Shown: positions 30,653 to 41,247, counted from the first letter of the stretch. The stretch is DNA of 59,518 nt from Methanobacteriota archaeon (GCA_018691345.1 JABGTJ010000062.1:1-59518); one strand, 5' to 3'. Notes: generated from the letters alone by a model not told the origin. Made by a program: numbers and translations.

Positions 30653-32917
30653 ATGGGCGCATGGATTGAAGGCAGACGAGACGACCCCACTCCGTGCAGA
30701 GAATCGGATGAGGGCTTATTCGAGATAACCGCACGTGATGGCAGGGGACGCCTAGGTCGGTTGCACACGCGACACGGCATACTGGAAACACCAGCCCTGC
30801 TCCCGGTCATCAATCCAAACATTCGAACCATTGAACCTCGAGAGATGTGGGACAGATATGGAATCGGTGCCCTCATTACCAATTCCTACATTATTTGGAA
30901 ACATGAAAGCCTCAAGCAAGTTGCTACCGAAAAGGGCGTACACACACTGCTTGATTTCCCTGGAGTCGTGATGACGGACTCCGGCACCTTCCAGTCGTAT
31001 ATCTACGGCGATGTTGAGGTTGGGGTAGAAGAAATTGTCGAGTTTCAACGAAGCATTGGAGTCGATATTGCAACGATGCTTGATGTGTTTTCCCGACCGG
31101 ACATGAACGAGGCACAAGTGGCCGAATGCGTTCGCGAAACGCTTGAAAGGGCTCCAGCGAGCATACAGGCAGCTGGAAATACAATGCTTAACGGTCCAAT
31201 TCAAGGCGGCCTTTTCAAACATCTCCGGACAGAATCTGCTGAAGGCATGGGTGGATTTGAGTTTGCAGTCCATCCGATCGGTGGAATCGTACCGGTAATG
31301 GAACGGCATTTGTACAAAGACTATGCAAAGATAATGCTTGCTTCGATTCCACACCTGCCCCCAAACAGACCGGTCCATATGTTTGGTTGCGGACATCCAA
31401 TGCTGTTCCCAATGTCGGTTGCACTCGGTGCCGACCTGTTTGACTCGGCGGCTTACGCTCTGTTTGCTCGTGATGGGCGGCTACTCACTCCATGGGGCAC
31501 TCAAAAGATTCAGACGCTCACCGAATGGCCTGAACGAATGCCTTGTGTTGCCGGACATACCCCCGCTGAAATTCGCTCGCTTGGCAAAAAAGAAATGACG
31601 GCGCACCTCGCTCGGTACAACCTCGAAGTGACATTAGCAGAACTCGATCGTTGCAAGCAAGCAATCCGTGACGGTACCATCTGGCGGCTGGCTGAACGTC
31701 GCAGCCACCAACATCCTGCATTGAGAGAGGCGTTTCTATGGCTCTCGACCAGCCCACACAACGCAAAACTTGACATGCAATTCCTCGAAGAAATGGTACT
31801 CGATGACCGAGATGCTGCTCGAGATCTTGACCGACATGCAGGCACTTGGGAGGGCGCTTGGAACTGGATTGTTGAATCGCAAGAGACCCCTCGCAAAGGT
31901 GGAGAGCCATGGGGTGGAGACGACACCCTCGTTCGACCTCACGTGGACGCCGCTAAAAAGGCCCTTCAGGCACACTGGAGGCCCCGAGACAACCAAGCCC
32001 GAGGAAGCGATGCAGTTCTTGTCGCCTACGGCAGTTCCGGCCCATGGCGTGAGCGATTGAGTGACTTAATGACGCGATTGCAACACCATTGTCCGGGTCT
32101 TGAAGTCATGATTCAAACCCCGATAGGCTTACTTCCGTATTCTCTTGAAGACCTCAACCCGTTCACGCATGTTGATGGCCCACAATGGCTTTGGCGACGA
32201 CGTCCAAATCCACTTCTTATTCGGCAAGAGTTGGAGCATTACGGAATGGAAGAGCGGCGAATCATACTGGTTGACCTGTTAGGAGATGGCATTCAATCAC
32301 GAGCAATGACTGGCCTTCATCAGGCTGGGGTTCTCGACGGTGTGACCGACTCGGATGCAAGTGAGCATGTTCTCGAACCGGAGAACAGAAGCAAAGCCAA
32401 AGAAGCCCTACAACGACGGCATGTTGCCGATAAAATGGTACTTCTTCTCAACCTAGAACGGCAATGGGTCGATGAACTCCTCAAGGGTTCAACCTGCGTC
32501 GTCAATCGACTTGGTAGAGTCAAAAACGCCTTGCTGAGTGACGGAACACACATCGTGAGCCCGAGACTAACCGACGGTGGACTCTCGCTCACAGACGGCG
32601 GAGCAATCGCCGTACATTCGGCACGTTCCATCGCTCCGCCAGTTGGATTCACACCATCGATTGAAAGCCATGTTTCGAAAGGTCCTGCGTGGATAGTTGT
32701 CAATGAAGATGCAGAACCGTTTGTTCGCCAAGGCAGAAACGTGTTCCATGGATTCATAGTGGCATGCGATGAGTGGATCTCACCTGGAAAAACGTGCCTT
32801 ATTGTCAATCCTGCTGGGGAACTACTGGGTCATGGCGTGTCGAACGGAACGCTTGACGACATGAAAACATTCCAAAAAGGCGTAGCAGTGAAAACGCGTG
32901 GCGGAATGAAGCAATAA
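30653..32917 (+). CDS. tgtA: tRNA-guanine(15) transglycosylase (archaeosine TGT) with PUA domain
   Basis: ETPALLPVINP, ITNSYI, MTDSGTFQ, PIGGIVP, HMFGCGHP, DLFDSAAY, C-terminal PUA (PFVRQGRNVF). Confidence 0.95.
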   Translation: MGAWIEGRRDDPTPCRESDEGLFEITARDGRGRLGRLHTRHGILETPALLPVINPNIRTIEPREMWDRYGIGALITNSYIIWKHESLKQVATEKGVHTLLDFPGVVMTDSGTFQSYIYGDVEVGVEEIVEFQRSIGVDIATMLDVFSRPDMNEAQVAECVRETLERAPASIQAAGNTMLNGPIQGGLFKHLRTESAEGMGGFEFAVHPIGGIVPVMERHLYKDYAKIMLASIPHLPPNRPVHMFGCGHPMLFPMSVALGADLFDSAAYALFARDGRLLTPWGTQKIQTLTEWPERMPCVAGHTPAEIRSLGKKEMTAHLARYNLEVTLAELDRCKQAIRDGTIWRLAERRSHQHPALREAFLWLSTSPHNAKLDMQFLEEMVLDDRDAARDLDRHAGTWEGAWNWIVESQETPRKGGEPWGGDDTLVRPHVDAAKKALQAHWRPRDNQARGSDAVLVAYGSSGPWRERLSDLMTRLQHHCPGLEVMIQTPIGLLPYSLEDLNPFTHVDGPQWLWRRRPNPLLIRQELEHYGMEERRIILVDLLGDGIQSRAMTGLHQAGVLDGVTDSDASEHVLEPENRSKAKEALQRRHVADKMVLLLNLERQWVDELLKGSTCVVNRLGRVKNALLSDGTHIVSPRLTDGGLSLTDGGAIAVHSARSIAPPVGFTPSIESHVSKGPAWIVVNEDAEPFVRQGRNVFHGFIVACDEWISPGKTCLIVNPAGELLGHGVSNGTLDDMKTFQKGVAVKTRGGMKQ

Positions 32918-32993
32918 CTGGCCACTCGTTTGAAGTATGCCGTGGCATAGTTCAAAGGGTGCCTAACATCTCTTTCATCAAGGGGGAGACGAA

Positions 32994-34004
32994 TTGGACG
33001 ACGACCTCATCATCAAGACGACCGATTTATCCAAGTCGTATGGCCCTCATTTGGCTTTGAATAAACTCAATATTTCGATTCCTAAAGGGGCCACAGGACT
33101 GCTTGGACCGAACGGAGCGGGAAAGTCAACATTTCTCAAAACGATTCTCGGATTGATTCAGGCCACAGAGGGTGAAGGCAGAGTACTTGGACTCGATATT
33201 CGAACTCAAGGAGATCAAATTCGTTCGAGGATTGGCTACATGCCCGAATACGATTCACTCAATCCAGACATGGAAGCAATTCACCAGGTCCGATATTCAG
33301 GTGAATTGCTCGGTATGAATCCAATCGTTGCACAGGCAAGGGCTCACGAGACATTGCAATACGTAGGCCTTGGTGAGCAACGTTACCGAAACATCGGCAG
33401 TTACTCGACTGGAATGAAGCAGGCAACAAAACTCGCTTGTGCTTTGGTGCATGACCCCGAACTCATCATTGCTGACGAACCCTCAAATGGTCTTGACATT
33501 ATGGCACGAGATTACATGATTGAGACGTTGACCAACACGGTAAGCAATGGAAACCGTTCTGTGCTCATGGCTTCGCACTTGATGGATGATGTTGAGCGCG
33601 TGTGTGATAATTTCATTCTCCTACACAAAGGGAAACTAGCAGCACAAGGACGTATTGAGGACTTGAAAGGATTCGACCGTGAAATCGAGATTCACGTGTG
33701 GGGGGGTGCTACACGATTGTATGAGGCGATGACCAAGAAAGGCATGAGCGTACGCCGTGAAGGGCGAGTCATGCGGATTTTGCATGAACAAGAAGATACA
33801 ACTTCGTTAATTCTAGGTTGTGCTGCTGAAGTTGGCGCTCAGATTCGCCGAATGCATGAATACGAGGCATCGCTGGAAGATTTGTTTCTCTCCATCATGG
33901 AAAACTTGGGCTATGAAGTAAAATCCAGTGAAGATTTACTGGCGTCTCCAATCGAAGCACGTAAGGTCGACGCTCCAGAGCACATGGGTGGTGGGGCAGC
34001 ATGA
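32994..34004 (+). CDS. ABC transporter ATP-binding protein
   Basis: GPNGAGKST, YSTGMKQ, IIADEP, SH; TTG start after GGGGGAG. Confidence 0.92.
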   Translation: MDDDLIIKTTDLSKSYGPHLALNKLNISIPKGATGLLGPNGAGKSTFLKTILGLIQATEGEGRVLGLDIRTQGDQIRSRIGYMPEYDSLNPDMEAIHQVRYSGELLGMNPIVAQARAHETLQYVGLGEQRYRNIGSYSTGMKQATKLACALVHDPELIIADEPSNGLDIMARDYMIETLTNTVSNGNRSVLMASHLMDDVERVCDNFILLHKGKLAAQGRIEDLKGFDREIEIHVWGGATRLYEAMTKKGMSVRREGRVMRILHEQEDTTSLILGCAAEVGAQIRRMHEYEASLEDLFLSIMENLGYEVKSSEDLLASPIEARKVDAPEHMGGGAA

Positions 34005-35050
34005 GCGATGATGCCGAACCGCTTCTTCCTGATGCCCCTATTGAACAGGAGTATGAGCCAGAATCTCCTGTGACAGGAAAGGGTCGTCTAGAAGCTGCAT
34101 GGGGTTCAACCGAAGGTGATGAAGACCTCTCAGCGACCGATACCACTGCACCAAGAAGCGAGGGTCATGTATTCAAGCAGCAGTACAAACCATGGAATGG
34201 GCAATTGAACCCTCGATGGATGAGGAATTGGGCGATTTTAAGGCACCATCTGCTTGGCATCTTCAAGAAGGGTCATCGGCCGTGGGGCGTTCCAATCAGG
34301 CTGTTCCTTTTGGTCGTGTTTGTCGCCTCACTAACGGATGTTGCGATGGTTCTTGTCTCCGGTCTCATTGGTGAATCTGGCCTTCATTCAGTATGGGGCG
34401 TAAGCAGAGATAATCTCTACGGCCACGTTCTTGGGTTCCTCCCACGTAACATGCTGTACTACCCAGTTGTCGCAGCCCTTTTGGTCGGAGGCGTCATATC
34501 CGAAGACCGCCAACATGGGACCTCTGCAATGTACTTTTCAAGACCGATTACTCGCTTTGATTATGTATCGATGAAGTTCCTTTCCGTCGCACTCATTCAA
34601 GCCATGATTATCCTCATCACTCTCGCACTGTATTACTTTGCTGAAATCGTAAGCATGGGGCGTGGGTGGGCATGGATTTTGGACACATTCCCCATGTTTT
34701 TGGCTACCGTCATCAGCGGAGTTCTTTTGATATTCACGTACACGAGCCTCGGTTTGGCCTTATCCAGTGTATCCAAAGGTAAGTTCTTCCCGGGAATTGC
34801 TCTCCTCTCGATAATCTTAGGAACAAAAGTCCTCGCATTTATTGTGTCGAACTTGTTTGATCGTGAAATTCTGTATCTCCTTTCACCTTACGATTGTTTG
34901 GCGCATGTAGGCCAAGCCATTATCGGAACGCAGCCCACTTACGACCAGTACTCATGGACCTGGTCGCTTGCCTCACTTGCAGCCATGAATGCAATTGCAT
35001 TGTTTACGCTGAGTTCACGCGTTTCCTCGATGGAGGTGACACGTGAATGA
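34001..35050 (+). CDS. ABC-2-type permease
   Basis: ISEDRQHGT..MYFSRPITR.DY...K; 6 TM helices; ATGA overlap. Confidence 0.85.
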   Translation: MSDDAEPLLPDAPIEQEYEPESPVTGKGRLEAAWGSTEGDEDLSATDTTAPRSEGHVFKQQYKPWNGQLNPRWMRNWAILRHHLLGIFKKGHRPWGVPIRLFLLVVFVASLTDVAMVLVSGLIGESGLHSVWGVSRDNLYGHVLGFLPRNMLYYPVVAALLVGGVISEDRQHGTSAMYFSRPITRFDYVSMKFLSVALIQAMIILITLALYYFAEIVSMGRGWAWILDTFPMFLATVISGVLLIFTYTSLGLALSSVSKGKFFPGIALLSIILGTKVLAFIVSNLFDREILYLLSPYDCLAHVGQAIIGTQPTYDQYSWTWSLASLAAMNAIALFTLSSRVSSMEVTRE

Positions 35051-36039
35051 TTCCAGACTTTGACCAACAAGGGCAAGCTCAAACCAAGGAATGGACACCA
35101 GAGGTCCAAGCGCCGGCAATTCTCCTCGAAAACGTCTCAAAAAGTTATGGGCGTATCTTTGCGCTTTCCAACATAACCTTGGCACTCAACGGAGGAGTAA
35201 CCGGTATTCTTGGAATGAATGGAGCAGGCAAATCAACGCTGTTTAATCTCCTCATGGGGAAAATCAAAGCCAGTCAAGGGAGTATCAAACTGTTCGGAAC
35301 CAACCCATGGAAGAACCCTGCCCCTTATGCAAGGGTTGGGTTTGTACCGGAGCATGAAAAGATGTACGACTGGATGACTGCTCACGGATTCGTCTCCACC
35401 TTTGCTCGACTAAATGGGTTGACTCGGGACGAAGCAGGAATTGAAGCCGACAGGGTATTGGAGTTCGTAGGGCTCACAGATGTCGCATACAAGAAAATTG
35501 GAGAATTCTCAAAGGGTATGCGACAAAGAGTGAAAATTGCCCATGCACTTGTCAATGACCCCGAGTTGATTATTCTCGACGAACCACTCCAAGGGTGCGA
35601 CCCATTGGCTCGAACCACCATCATGAACGTCATTCGCGAACTTGGCAAGATGGGGCGAACGGTTTTGGTCAGCAGTCACATCTTGCAAGAGATTGAAAGA
35701 ATCACCGAACAAATTGTGATTCTGCATCAGGGGCGGCTTCTCGCACTTGGCAATTTACACTCAATACGGGAACGTCTTGACCAAATCCCACACCGCATCT
35801 CGATTGAAGCAGAAAACCCGAAGGCGCTGGCGAAGGACATTATCGACATCGATGAGGTGTTTGGTATCTCTTTCCCAGACGGCCGAAACGTATCCATTCA
35901 AACGCATAACCTTGGAGCAATCCACGCACGGCTTCCGAAAATTATCGTTGAAAACGGCCACAAAGTGTCTTCGATTGACAATCCGGACGATGATTTAGCA
36001 TCCATCTTGGGCTACTTGACTTCTGGAGGTAGGGTTTGA
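35047..36039 (+). CDS. ABC transporter ATP-binding protein
   Basis: GMNGAGKST, FSKGMRQR, ILDEP, SSHIL. Confidence 0.92.
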   Translation: MIPDFDQQGQAQTKEWTPEVQAPAILLENVSKSYGRIFALSNITLALNGGVTGILGMNGAGKSTLFNLLMGKIKASQGSIKLFGTNPWKNPAPYARVGFVPEHEKMYDWMTAHGFVSTFARLNGLTRDEAGIEADRVLEFVGLTDVAYKKIGEFSKGMRQRVKIAHALVNDPELIILDEPLQGCDPLARTTIMNVIRELGKMGRTVLVSSHILQEIERITEQIVILHQGRLLALGNLHSIRERLDQIPHRISIEAENPKALAKDIIDIDEVFGISFPDGRNVSIQTHNLGAIHARLPKIIVENGHKVSSIDNPDDDLASILGYLTSGGRV

Positions 36040-37373
36040 TGGCGACCAAGCCCGATTCGGTCTTTCGCTCGCTCGACCGTAAGGCAGCAGCCATAGTGGA
36101 ATTCACTCTGCGGCAGTACCGCACACGGACCTCCACATGGGTTGTTTTGGGGGTAGGATTTACTGCGCTCGCGCTGATTTTCTTGATTTACATTGATGTG
36201 ATGGCTTCAGAATTTGAGTCGGTTGATAACGATGGAGATTCGTTTGACACTGATGGAGATGGATATCCAACCGGTCAAGAGCGAAAGCTGGGGACCGACC
36301 CCTTCTCAGATGAATCACATCCCGGAATGTTTGACCCACCCATCGAACCTGAACCTGCTTCAAAGTACATCAACGAAGACGGTTTTGATTGGGATGTTAC
36401 TGCCTCTTTTGGTGAACAGAGCACAGGTTATGACGATGATGGCGATTGTCTCAATTCAAACAGAACCGCATCACAGAAAGACACCAATGAAAACGGAATA
36501 CCGTGTGACATTATCATACAAAGATCCACTTCGCCCACCGGTGAAATAGTCATACAAATCTTCGCTGACGAAGGTGTCGACGAAGACCCTGATGAAGACG
36601 CATATACACGTGAAGCAATCCATTTGGGGTTTGTTCTTTCCATTGGGAAACTTGGCTTCGTGCTGCTCCTTGGAATCTTCCTTCCACTGTTCATGGCGAC
36701 TGGCCTCATTCGTGACGAAATGACATCAGGAACCATGCATTACATGCTCGCAAAACCAGTTGCACGCACGGAGGTTTTCCTCTATCGCACATTAGGATAT
36801 CTTGGAATTGTTTGGCCCTATGTCATCGTTCTTGGAATTCTTGGAGCATTGGTATCAGGGTTTGTTGGCTCGGGTGATGATTTCTTCAGATTTGCAGACC
36901 TGGGAGTTTGGTTGGCGATCGTTTTTGCCACCATGATGGCTACGCTTGTCTATGGGATGTTGTTCAACGCATTGGGCGTTTTATGGAAGTATGGAATAAT
37001 TCTTGCGATTCCGTTCGCAGCATGGGAATTGGGTATGGCTTTACTCTCAATGGGCGCTCCTGATGCGACCATACTGAGGTTCTCTGTTATTGGTTGGGCA
37101 TTGATGATTATTGACTCAGTAGCAATGATGGTCTGGCCAAACCTGGATACGTTCATACTCATGGGCGAATGGGGTGGCGGTGGACAAGGATCTGACATCT
37201 TTGGTTCATCATCACTTCAAGGTTCAGTTCCGTTAAGTTTCTTCTCGTCAAAGCCGGGCTTAGGGCTCTCAGCCTTCGCCTCCACGATTGTAGCAACCCT
37301 CGTACTGTTGATTCAAGCAGTAGTGTTCTGGTTCATCGGCGGTGCATTGTTCAAGGGTAAGGAGATTCAATGA
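36036..37373 (+). CDS. ABC-2-type permease with an acidic Ca-binding-like extracellular loop
   Basis: IRDEMTSGTMHYMLAKPVAR; loop with DNDGD, DTDGDG, DDDGD. Confidence 0.85.
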   Translation: MMATKPDSVFRSLDRKAAAIVEFTLRQYRTRTSTWVVLGVGFTALALIFLIYIDVMASEFESVDNDGDSFDTDGDGYPTGQERKLGTDPFSDESHPGMFDPPIEPEPASKYINEDGFDWDVTASFGEQSTGYDDDGDCLNSNRTASQKDTNENGIPCDIIIQRSTSPTGEIVIQIFADEGVDEDPDEDAYTREAIHLGFVLSIGKLGFVLLLGIFLPLFMATGLIRDEMTSGTMHYMLAKPVARTEVFLYRTLGYLGIVWPYVIVLGILGALVSGFVGSGDDFFRFADLGVWLAIVFATMMATLVYGMLFNALGVLWKYGIILAIPFAAWELGMALLSMGAPDATILRFSVIGWALMIIDSVAMMVWPNLDTFILMGEWGGGGQGSDIFGSSSLQGSVPLSFFSSKPGLGLSAFASTIVATLVLLIQAVVFWFIGGALFKGKEIQ

Positions 37374-38575
37374 CCTCGGATATGGAATCTTTTTCAGGTG
37401 ACCTCTCAAAGATGTGGACCCTGCAAGACAGACCACCGCTTCACCACCTCACTTGGGATTGGTGGTGGTGGCTGGTGATGCTCGACGATCCGGATGGTCG
37501 TCCTAGTGGCAGGCAACTGATGGTACTGTGGTCAACCAAAGACAATGAACTGGTCGAAGTCAACGGGATGCCTTGGACTCCAGCCGGTCGACCAAGTTAC
37601 GATGATGAACATGGATTAGCCTTGGACGGCATGGTATGCGCATGGTGGTTTGATGGCCAACAAATGCACGAACCCGTCATTCAACAGATTTGCCGAATGA
37701 TTGCGATGCCCGATACCCATTCGATGTGGCCCGACGATGCCACAAATGCCGGAAGAGGCGGTGGAGCCGTGGTACCACTCATCGAAAACGATCTCTCGAT
37801 GGGCCTCAAGAGCGACTTGAGTGCGTTTTGGATTCATTTGCTTACAGATGAATCTGCGAGCCACCCTAAAGTGCCCAAAAAGCTTGATCTTACCCTTACC
37901 CCGTGGAACGCTGCAATGTCAACGGCTCGCCAAGCCACGGCGACCTATGCAGCCAACATGGGGTACGATATCCTGCGCCTGCATGGCACCAAAGTTCATG
38001 GAAAACTGGATGATGAAGAGGTGTCAGGAACAGCATACTTCCAGAAAGTCTGCGTACAGGCACCATCAGTTCCTTGGTATTGGGGCATGCTTCATCTCAA
38101 CGATGGTTCTTACATCGATTGGTTTTTGCCTCATGTTTCGTTTACCGTTAGCGCTAGAGACAATCGACCATGGAAGAGACGAGACCTTGGACATATTGGA
38201 TTATCTCAAGGTGGGCTGTTTCATGATCCGGTGAACAAACGCAGCGAAAAATTCACCAACGTCACGATACTGAAAACAGCCTCGAACATCACAGAAGGCG
38301 ACCACGGGCAAACCCCTGGCGCACCACTGCCTGTTTTTGAAATAAAAATGTGGAACGGTAGAACAACAATCGAGCTCCGTGTAAAAGCCATTGAACGAGC
38401 GCATTGGACATTCAACCAGCCGACACGAGGCGGCATCAAGTCACACCTCACCTACAATGAATATCCTTTAGAAATGGAATATTTACGGATTCAAGACGAA
38501 TATGGTGTCCGAAAAGAATCGGACTATGAATGGGCTCGAGGAAACGCAGAACACTCTTGGGGATTGCTTCACTGA
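37370..38575 (+). CDS. Hypothetical Trp-rich beta-barrel protein (possible AttH/CrtC/tocopherol-cyclase-like fold)
   Basis: WDWWWWL, GTAYFQKV...PWYWG, C-terminal EHSWG; ATGA-coupled to the ABC permease. Confidence 0.6.
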   Translation: MTSDMESFSGDLSKMWTLQDRPPLHHLTWDWWWWLVMLDDPDGRPSGRQLMVLWSTKDNELVEVNGMPWTPAGRPSYDDEHGLALDGMVCAWWFDGQQMHEPVIQQICRMIAMPDTHSMWPDDATNAGRGGGAVVPLIENDLSMGLKSDLSAFWIHLLTDESASHPKVPKKLDLTLTPWNAAMSTARQATATYAANMGYDILRLHGTKVHGKLDDEEVSGTAYFQKVCVQAPSVPWYWGMLHLNDGSYIDWFLPHVSFTVSARDNRPWKRRDLGHIGLSQGGLFHDPVNKRSEKFTNVTILKTASNITEGDHGQTPGAPLPVFEIKMWNGRTTIELRVKAIERAHWTFNQPTRGGIKSHLTYNEYPLEMEYLRIQDEYGVRKESDYEWARGNAEHSWGLLH

Positions 38576-38672
38576 CGGTTTCCACCCCTAATCACATTCC
38601 ATACCGTACCACTGTTCAATGGGCAAGGTATTATGTGCGAGGAGCGATAGACATGGAAGAGGAGAGATTGCT

Positions 38673-39713
38673 ATGAGCGAAGAATCCGATGCCGCAGAAA
38701 CACCCACACCCGATGTTCACACCACGGATGAGGCCAAGAAGGAAGCAGAACAAGCACGTCTTGCTAAGACATTCCGCCTTATTTCTGGTGAAGAGGTTCT
38801 TCTTACCAAACGCCCGAGTACGTTTGCGTTCCTTGGGATGTACCTGCTGGGAATTTTAGTTCTCGCCATACATTTCATCTTCGACAACGCCAACTCTCTA
38901 TCGAGCGAAGATTCCAGTGGCTTCGTCAAATTCGCCCTGTTCATGATTGACATCACTGGTGGCGAAAAATATCCATTCGGCTTCGTGTTTGTTATGCTGT
39001 TCATCACTTGGATGAACAGGTTGGTCAATGTTTCAACATCTGGCCGCTGGGTTACCATTGGACTGCTCATCATTTCTCTAACTCCGTTGGTAATACAGAT
39101 GGATGATGTCCTGTATTGGATTACTGACTTGTGGATGGACGAACCAATCGGCGACTTCATACCAATTGGTCAATACAGTTACAGCCTCTTTGGTCTCGGA
39201 TTTGTCTCCATTTACATGGCACTCACCTACTATTACCAGCGAAGTTTCCACTACGCTGTCACCAGCGATGCAGTGATTTTTGAACACAGTTTCCTGTTGT
39301 CAAGGTCTCACCGACGAATTTTATTCGATCGCATCTCTGAAGTCATGGTTGAACGATCACCTGTAGGAACCATCCTTGGATTTGCCACCGTCACAATCTT
39401 GACCGATTCGGGAGTCGGGATTGTCGAAGAAAGCACAGGTCCTGGAATCGCTGGTGCGATCCCCGGTACAACTGAAAAAGAAGGCGACTCAACTGCTGAG
39501 AGAGCTGGCAAAGGTATTCTTCGCTCCGTAATTGGACTGCTTACGTACCAGAGAACAATTCGAACAGTCCGTGCCGACCCAAAGCACTGCATGTACAATA
39601 TTCGTAACTGGGAGAATGCAAAAGCACTTCTCAATGAAAAGCACAAGGAACACAGCCAATCAAACCTACTACGAGACCTCAAAGACACAATTGTGGCTGC
39701 ATCAGAGGACTGA
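38673..39713 (+). CDS. Membrane protein with bacterial PH-like (bPH_2) domain
   Basis: GEEVLLTKRPS, 4 TM helices, YAVTSDAVIF..SFLL..RRILFDRI.EV...RSPVG.ILGFATV. Confidence 0.75.
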   Translation: MSEESDAAETPTPDVHTTDEAKKEAEQARLAKTFRLISGEEVLLTKRPSTFAFLGMYLLGILVLAIHFIFDNANSLSSEDSSGFVKFALFMIDITGGEKYPFGFVFVMLFITWMNRLVNVSTSGRWVTIGLLIISLTPLVIQMDDVLYWITDLWMDEPIGDFIPIGQYSYSLFGLGFVSIYMALTYYYQRSFHYAVTSDAVIFEHSFLLSRSHRRILFDRISEVMVERSPVGTILGFATVTILTDSGVGIVEESTGPGIAGAIPGTTEKEGDSTAERAGKGILRSVIGLLTYQRTIRTVRADPKHCMYNIRNWENAKALLNEKHKEHSQSNLLRDLKDTIVAASED

Positions 39714-39779
39714 AGATTCACACGAATCCGGCGAGTGTTTCAAAAAGTGTTTGCCACTCCATCTACTTGAGGCGATACA

Positions 39780-40301
39780 ATGAGCGACGAAGAAGTACTG
39801 CAAGGACCTATTGAAAAATTGCGTGGTGGCGACCTTGATGGAGCCCTAGAAGAACTCGATGCTTTGATGAGCAGCCACAAAAAGAACGCTCATGTTCACC
39901 ACATGTACGCTGAATTTGCCAACATGAAAAACGCCGAAGCACAAGACGATGTCATCCCTGGTGGAAAAATCATGATGGCTTACAAAAAAGCCATGCAATT
40001 GGACGAAGAGAATATGGAATACATTGGAGACTTCGCAACATTCGCACTTGAGTGCCGAAGAATCCCTGTCGCCGTTAAGGAGTTCCAACGCTACGCTCGA
40101 CGTCTCGAAATTGAAGATATTCCAGTCGATGAAGTCTTGTTTACCGCAAGCCGTAACATTGTTGATGCTATCGAAGTGATGGATCCAAGTAAAAAGAATC
40201 CAATGGTTCAACCTTGGCTAAAGCAGGCCCTCATTTGGTCCGTAGGCGGATTAGGCTACTCACCTGAAGAGGCTGCAGAGATGCTGCTTCGTGAAGAGTG
40301 A
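39780..40301 (+). CDS. Hypothetical TPR-like helical protein
   Basis: Helical repeats (GDLDGALEEL, AYKKAMQLD); upstream of truA. Confidence 0.65.
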   Translation: MSDEEVLQGPIEKLRGGDLDGALEELDALMSSHKKNAHVHHMYAEFANMKNAEAQDDVIPGGKIMMAYKKAMQLDEENMEYIGDFATFALECRRIPVAVKEFQRYARRLEIEDIPVDEVLFTASRNIVDAIEVMDPSKKNPMVQPWLKQALIWSVGGLGYSPEEAAEMLLREE

Positions 40302-40311
40302 AGGTGAATCC

Positions 40312-41247
40312 ATGACGAACCAGAGTGTTCGTCTTGCTTTCCGCATAGGTTACCTTGGCGATGGATACCATGGTAGCCAAATTCAACCCGATGTCGAAAC
40401 CGTTCAAGGTGAACTGATTCGGGTCTTTCGAAGCCTAAAATGGCTCGACCCTACGTCGGTTGAACACAACCTCGTGCTATCGAGCCGTACAGATGCCGGT
40501 GTTCATGTGCGTCTCAATGGAGGAGTCGTACACATCGACAGCGAATTGTGGGACGCGCTAACGCCGAGAAAAATGATTCGTGCTTTGGACGACCGGTTAC
40601 CCAAAGATATTGCTTTCCTCGACGTCAAACAGGTCGCTGAGGAATGGAATCCACGAATGGCGAATCATCGAGTGTATCGCTATCGGTTAGAAGGATTGGA
40701 ATTTTGGAAGTATCCTGGAGATGACTTCATTGAATGGCTGAAAATGTTCGAAGGAACCTACAATGCCACGAACTTTGCCCGTGTTGAAGAAGGTAAGAAC
40801 CCAATGCGGACCATTCTCTCTTGCCAGCCATGGATCGTTGAAGGTCGAACCGTAGGATTCGAAATCATTGGTGAAGCATTCCTATGGAATCAGGTCCGAA
40901 GAACGGCGATGGCAATACACAGAATGTGCATCGGAGAAATCAGCCCCTATGACGTAAAACAGGCTATTGAACACCCCGAAAAGGAAGCCGATTTTGGTGT
41001 GGCACCTGCGGACTGGCTCATCCTTTGGGGGGTTGACTGGGATGAAATGGAACTACCAGAATCTCAAAACCAAATTCGATGTTTTACCGAACCCCCAACT
41101 GGACCAGCAGTTGAACGAACCATGAGAAAACGTTGGAGAGACGGTGCTCGACACGAGATGAAAAGCTTGCTCTACCATGAATGGGCGGTACTCGGTGAGT
41201 TGCCAATCGTCCGACACACAACAATCAATTCAGGCGAACCTGAATGA
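40312..41247 (+). CDS. truA: tRNA pseudouridine synthase A
   Basis: YLGDGYHGSQIQP, TVQGEL, SRTDAGVH, RVYRY, FLWNQVRR. Confidence 0.93.
   Translation: MTNQSVRLAFRIGYLGDGYHGSQIQPDVETVQGELIRVFRSLKWLDPTSVEHNLVLSSRTDAGVHVRLNGGVVHIDSELWDALTPRKMIRALDDRLPKDIAFLDVKQVAEEWNPRMANHRVYRYRLEGLEFWKYPGDDFIEWLKMFEGTYNATNFARVEEGKNPMRTILSCQPWIVEGRTVGFEIIGEAFLWNQVRRTAMAIHRMCIGEISPYDVKQAIEHPEKEADFGVAPADWLILWGVDWDEMELPESQNQIRCFTEPPTGPAVERTMRKRWRDGARHEMKSLLYHEWAVLGELPIVRHTTINSGEPE

Noticed and set aside
30752-31396. Long antisense ORFs (also 42915-43502, 45857-46420, 46825-47406)
   Set aside because: Shadows of well-supported genes on the opposite strand, with no recognisable motifs
32974-32984. TTCATCAAGGG as the TATA box of the ABC operon (same 11-mer as upstream of tRNA-Thr)
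   Set aside because: It ends only 9 nt before the start codon, too close for a TATA box; TTCAAA at 32951 fits better
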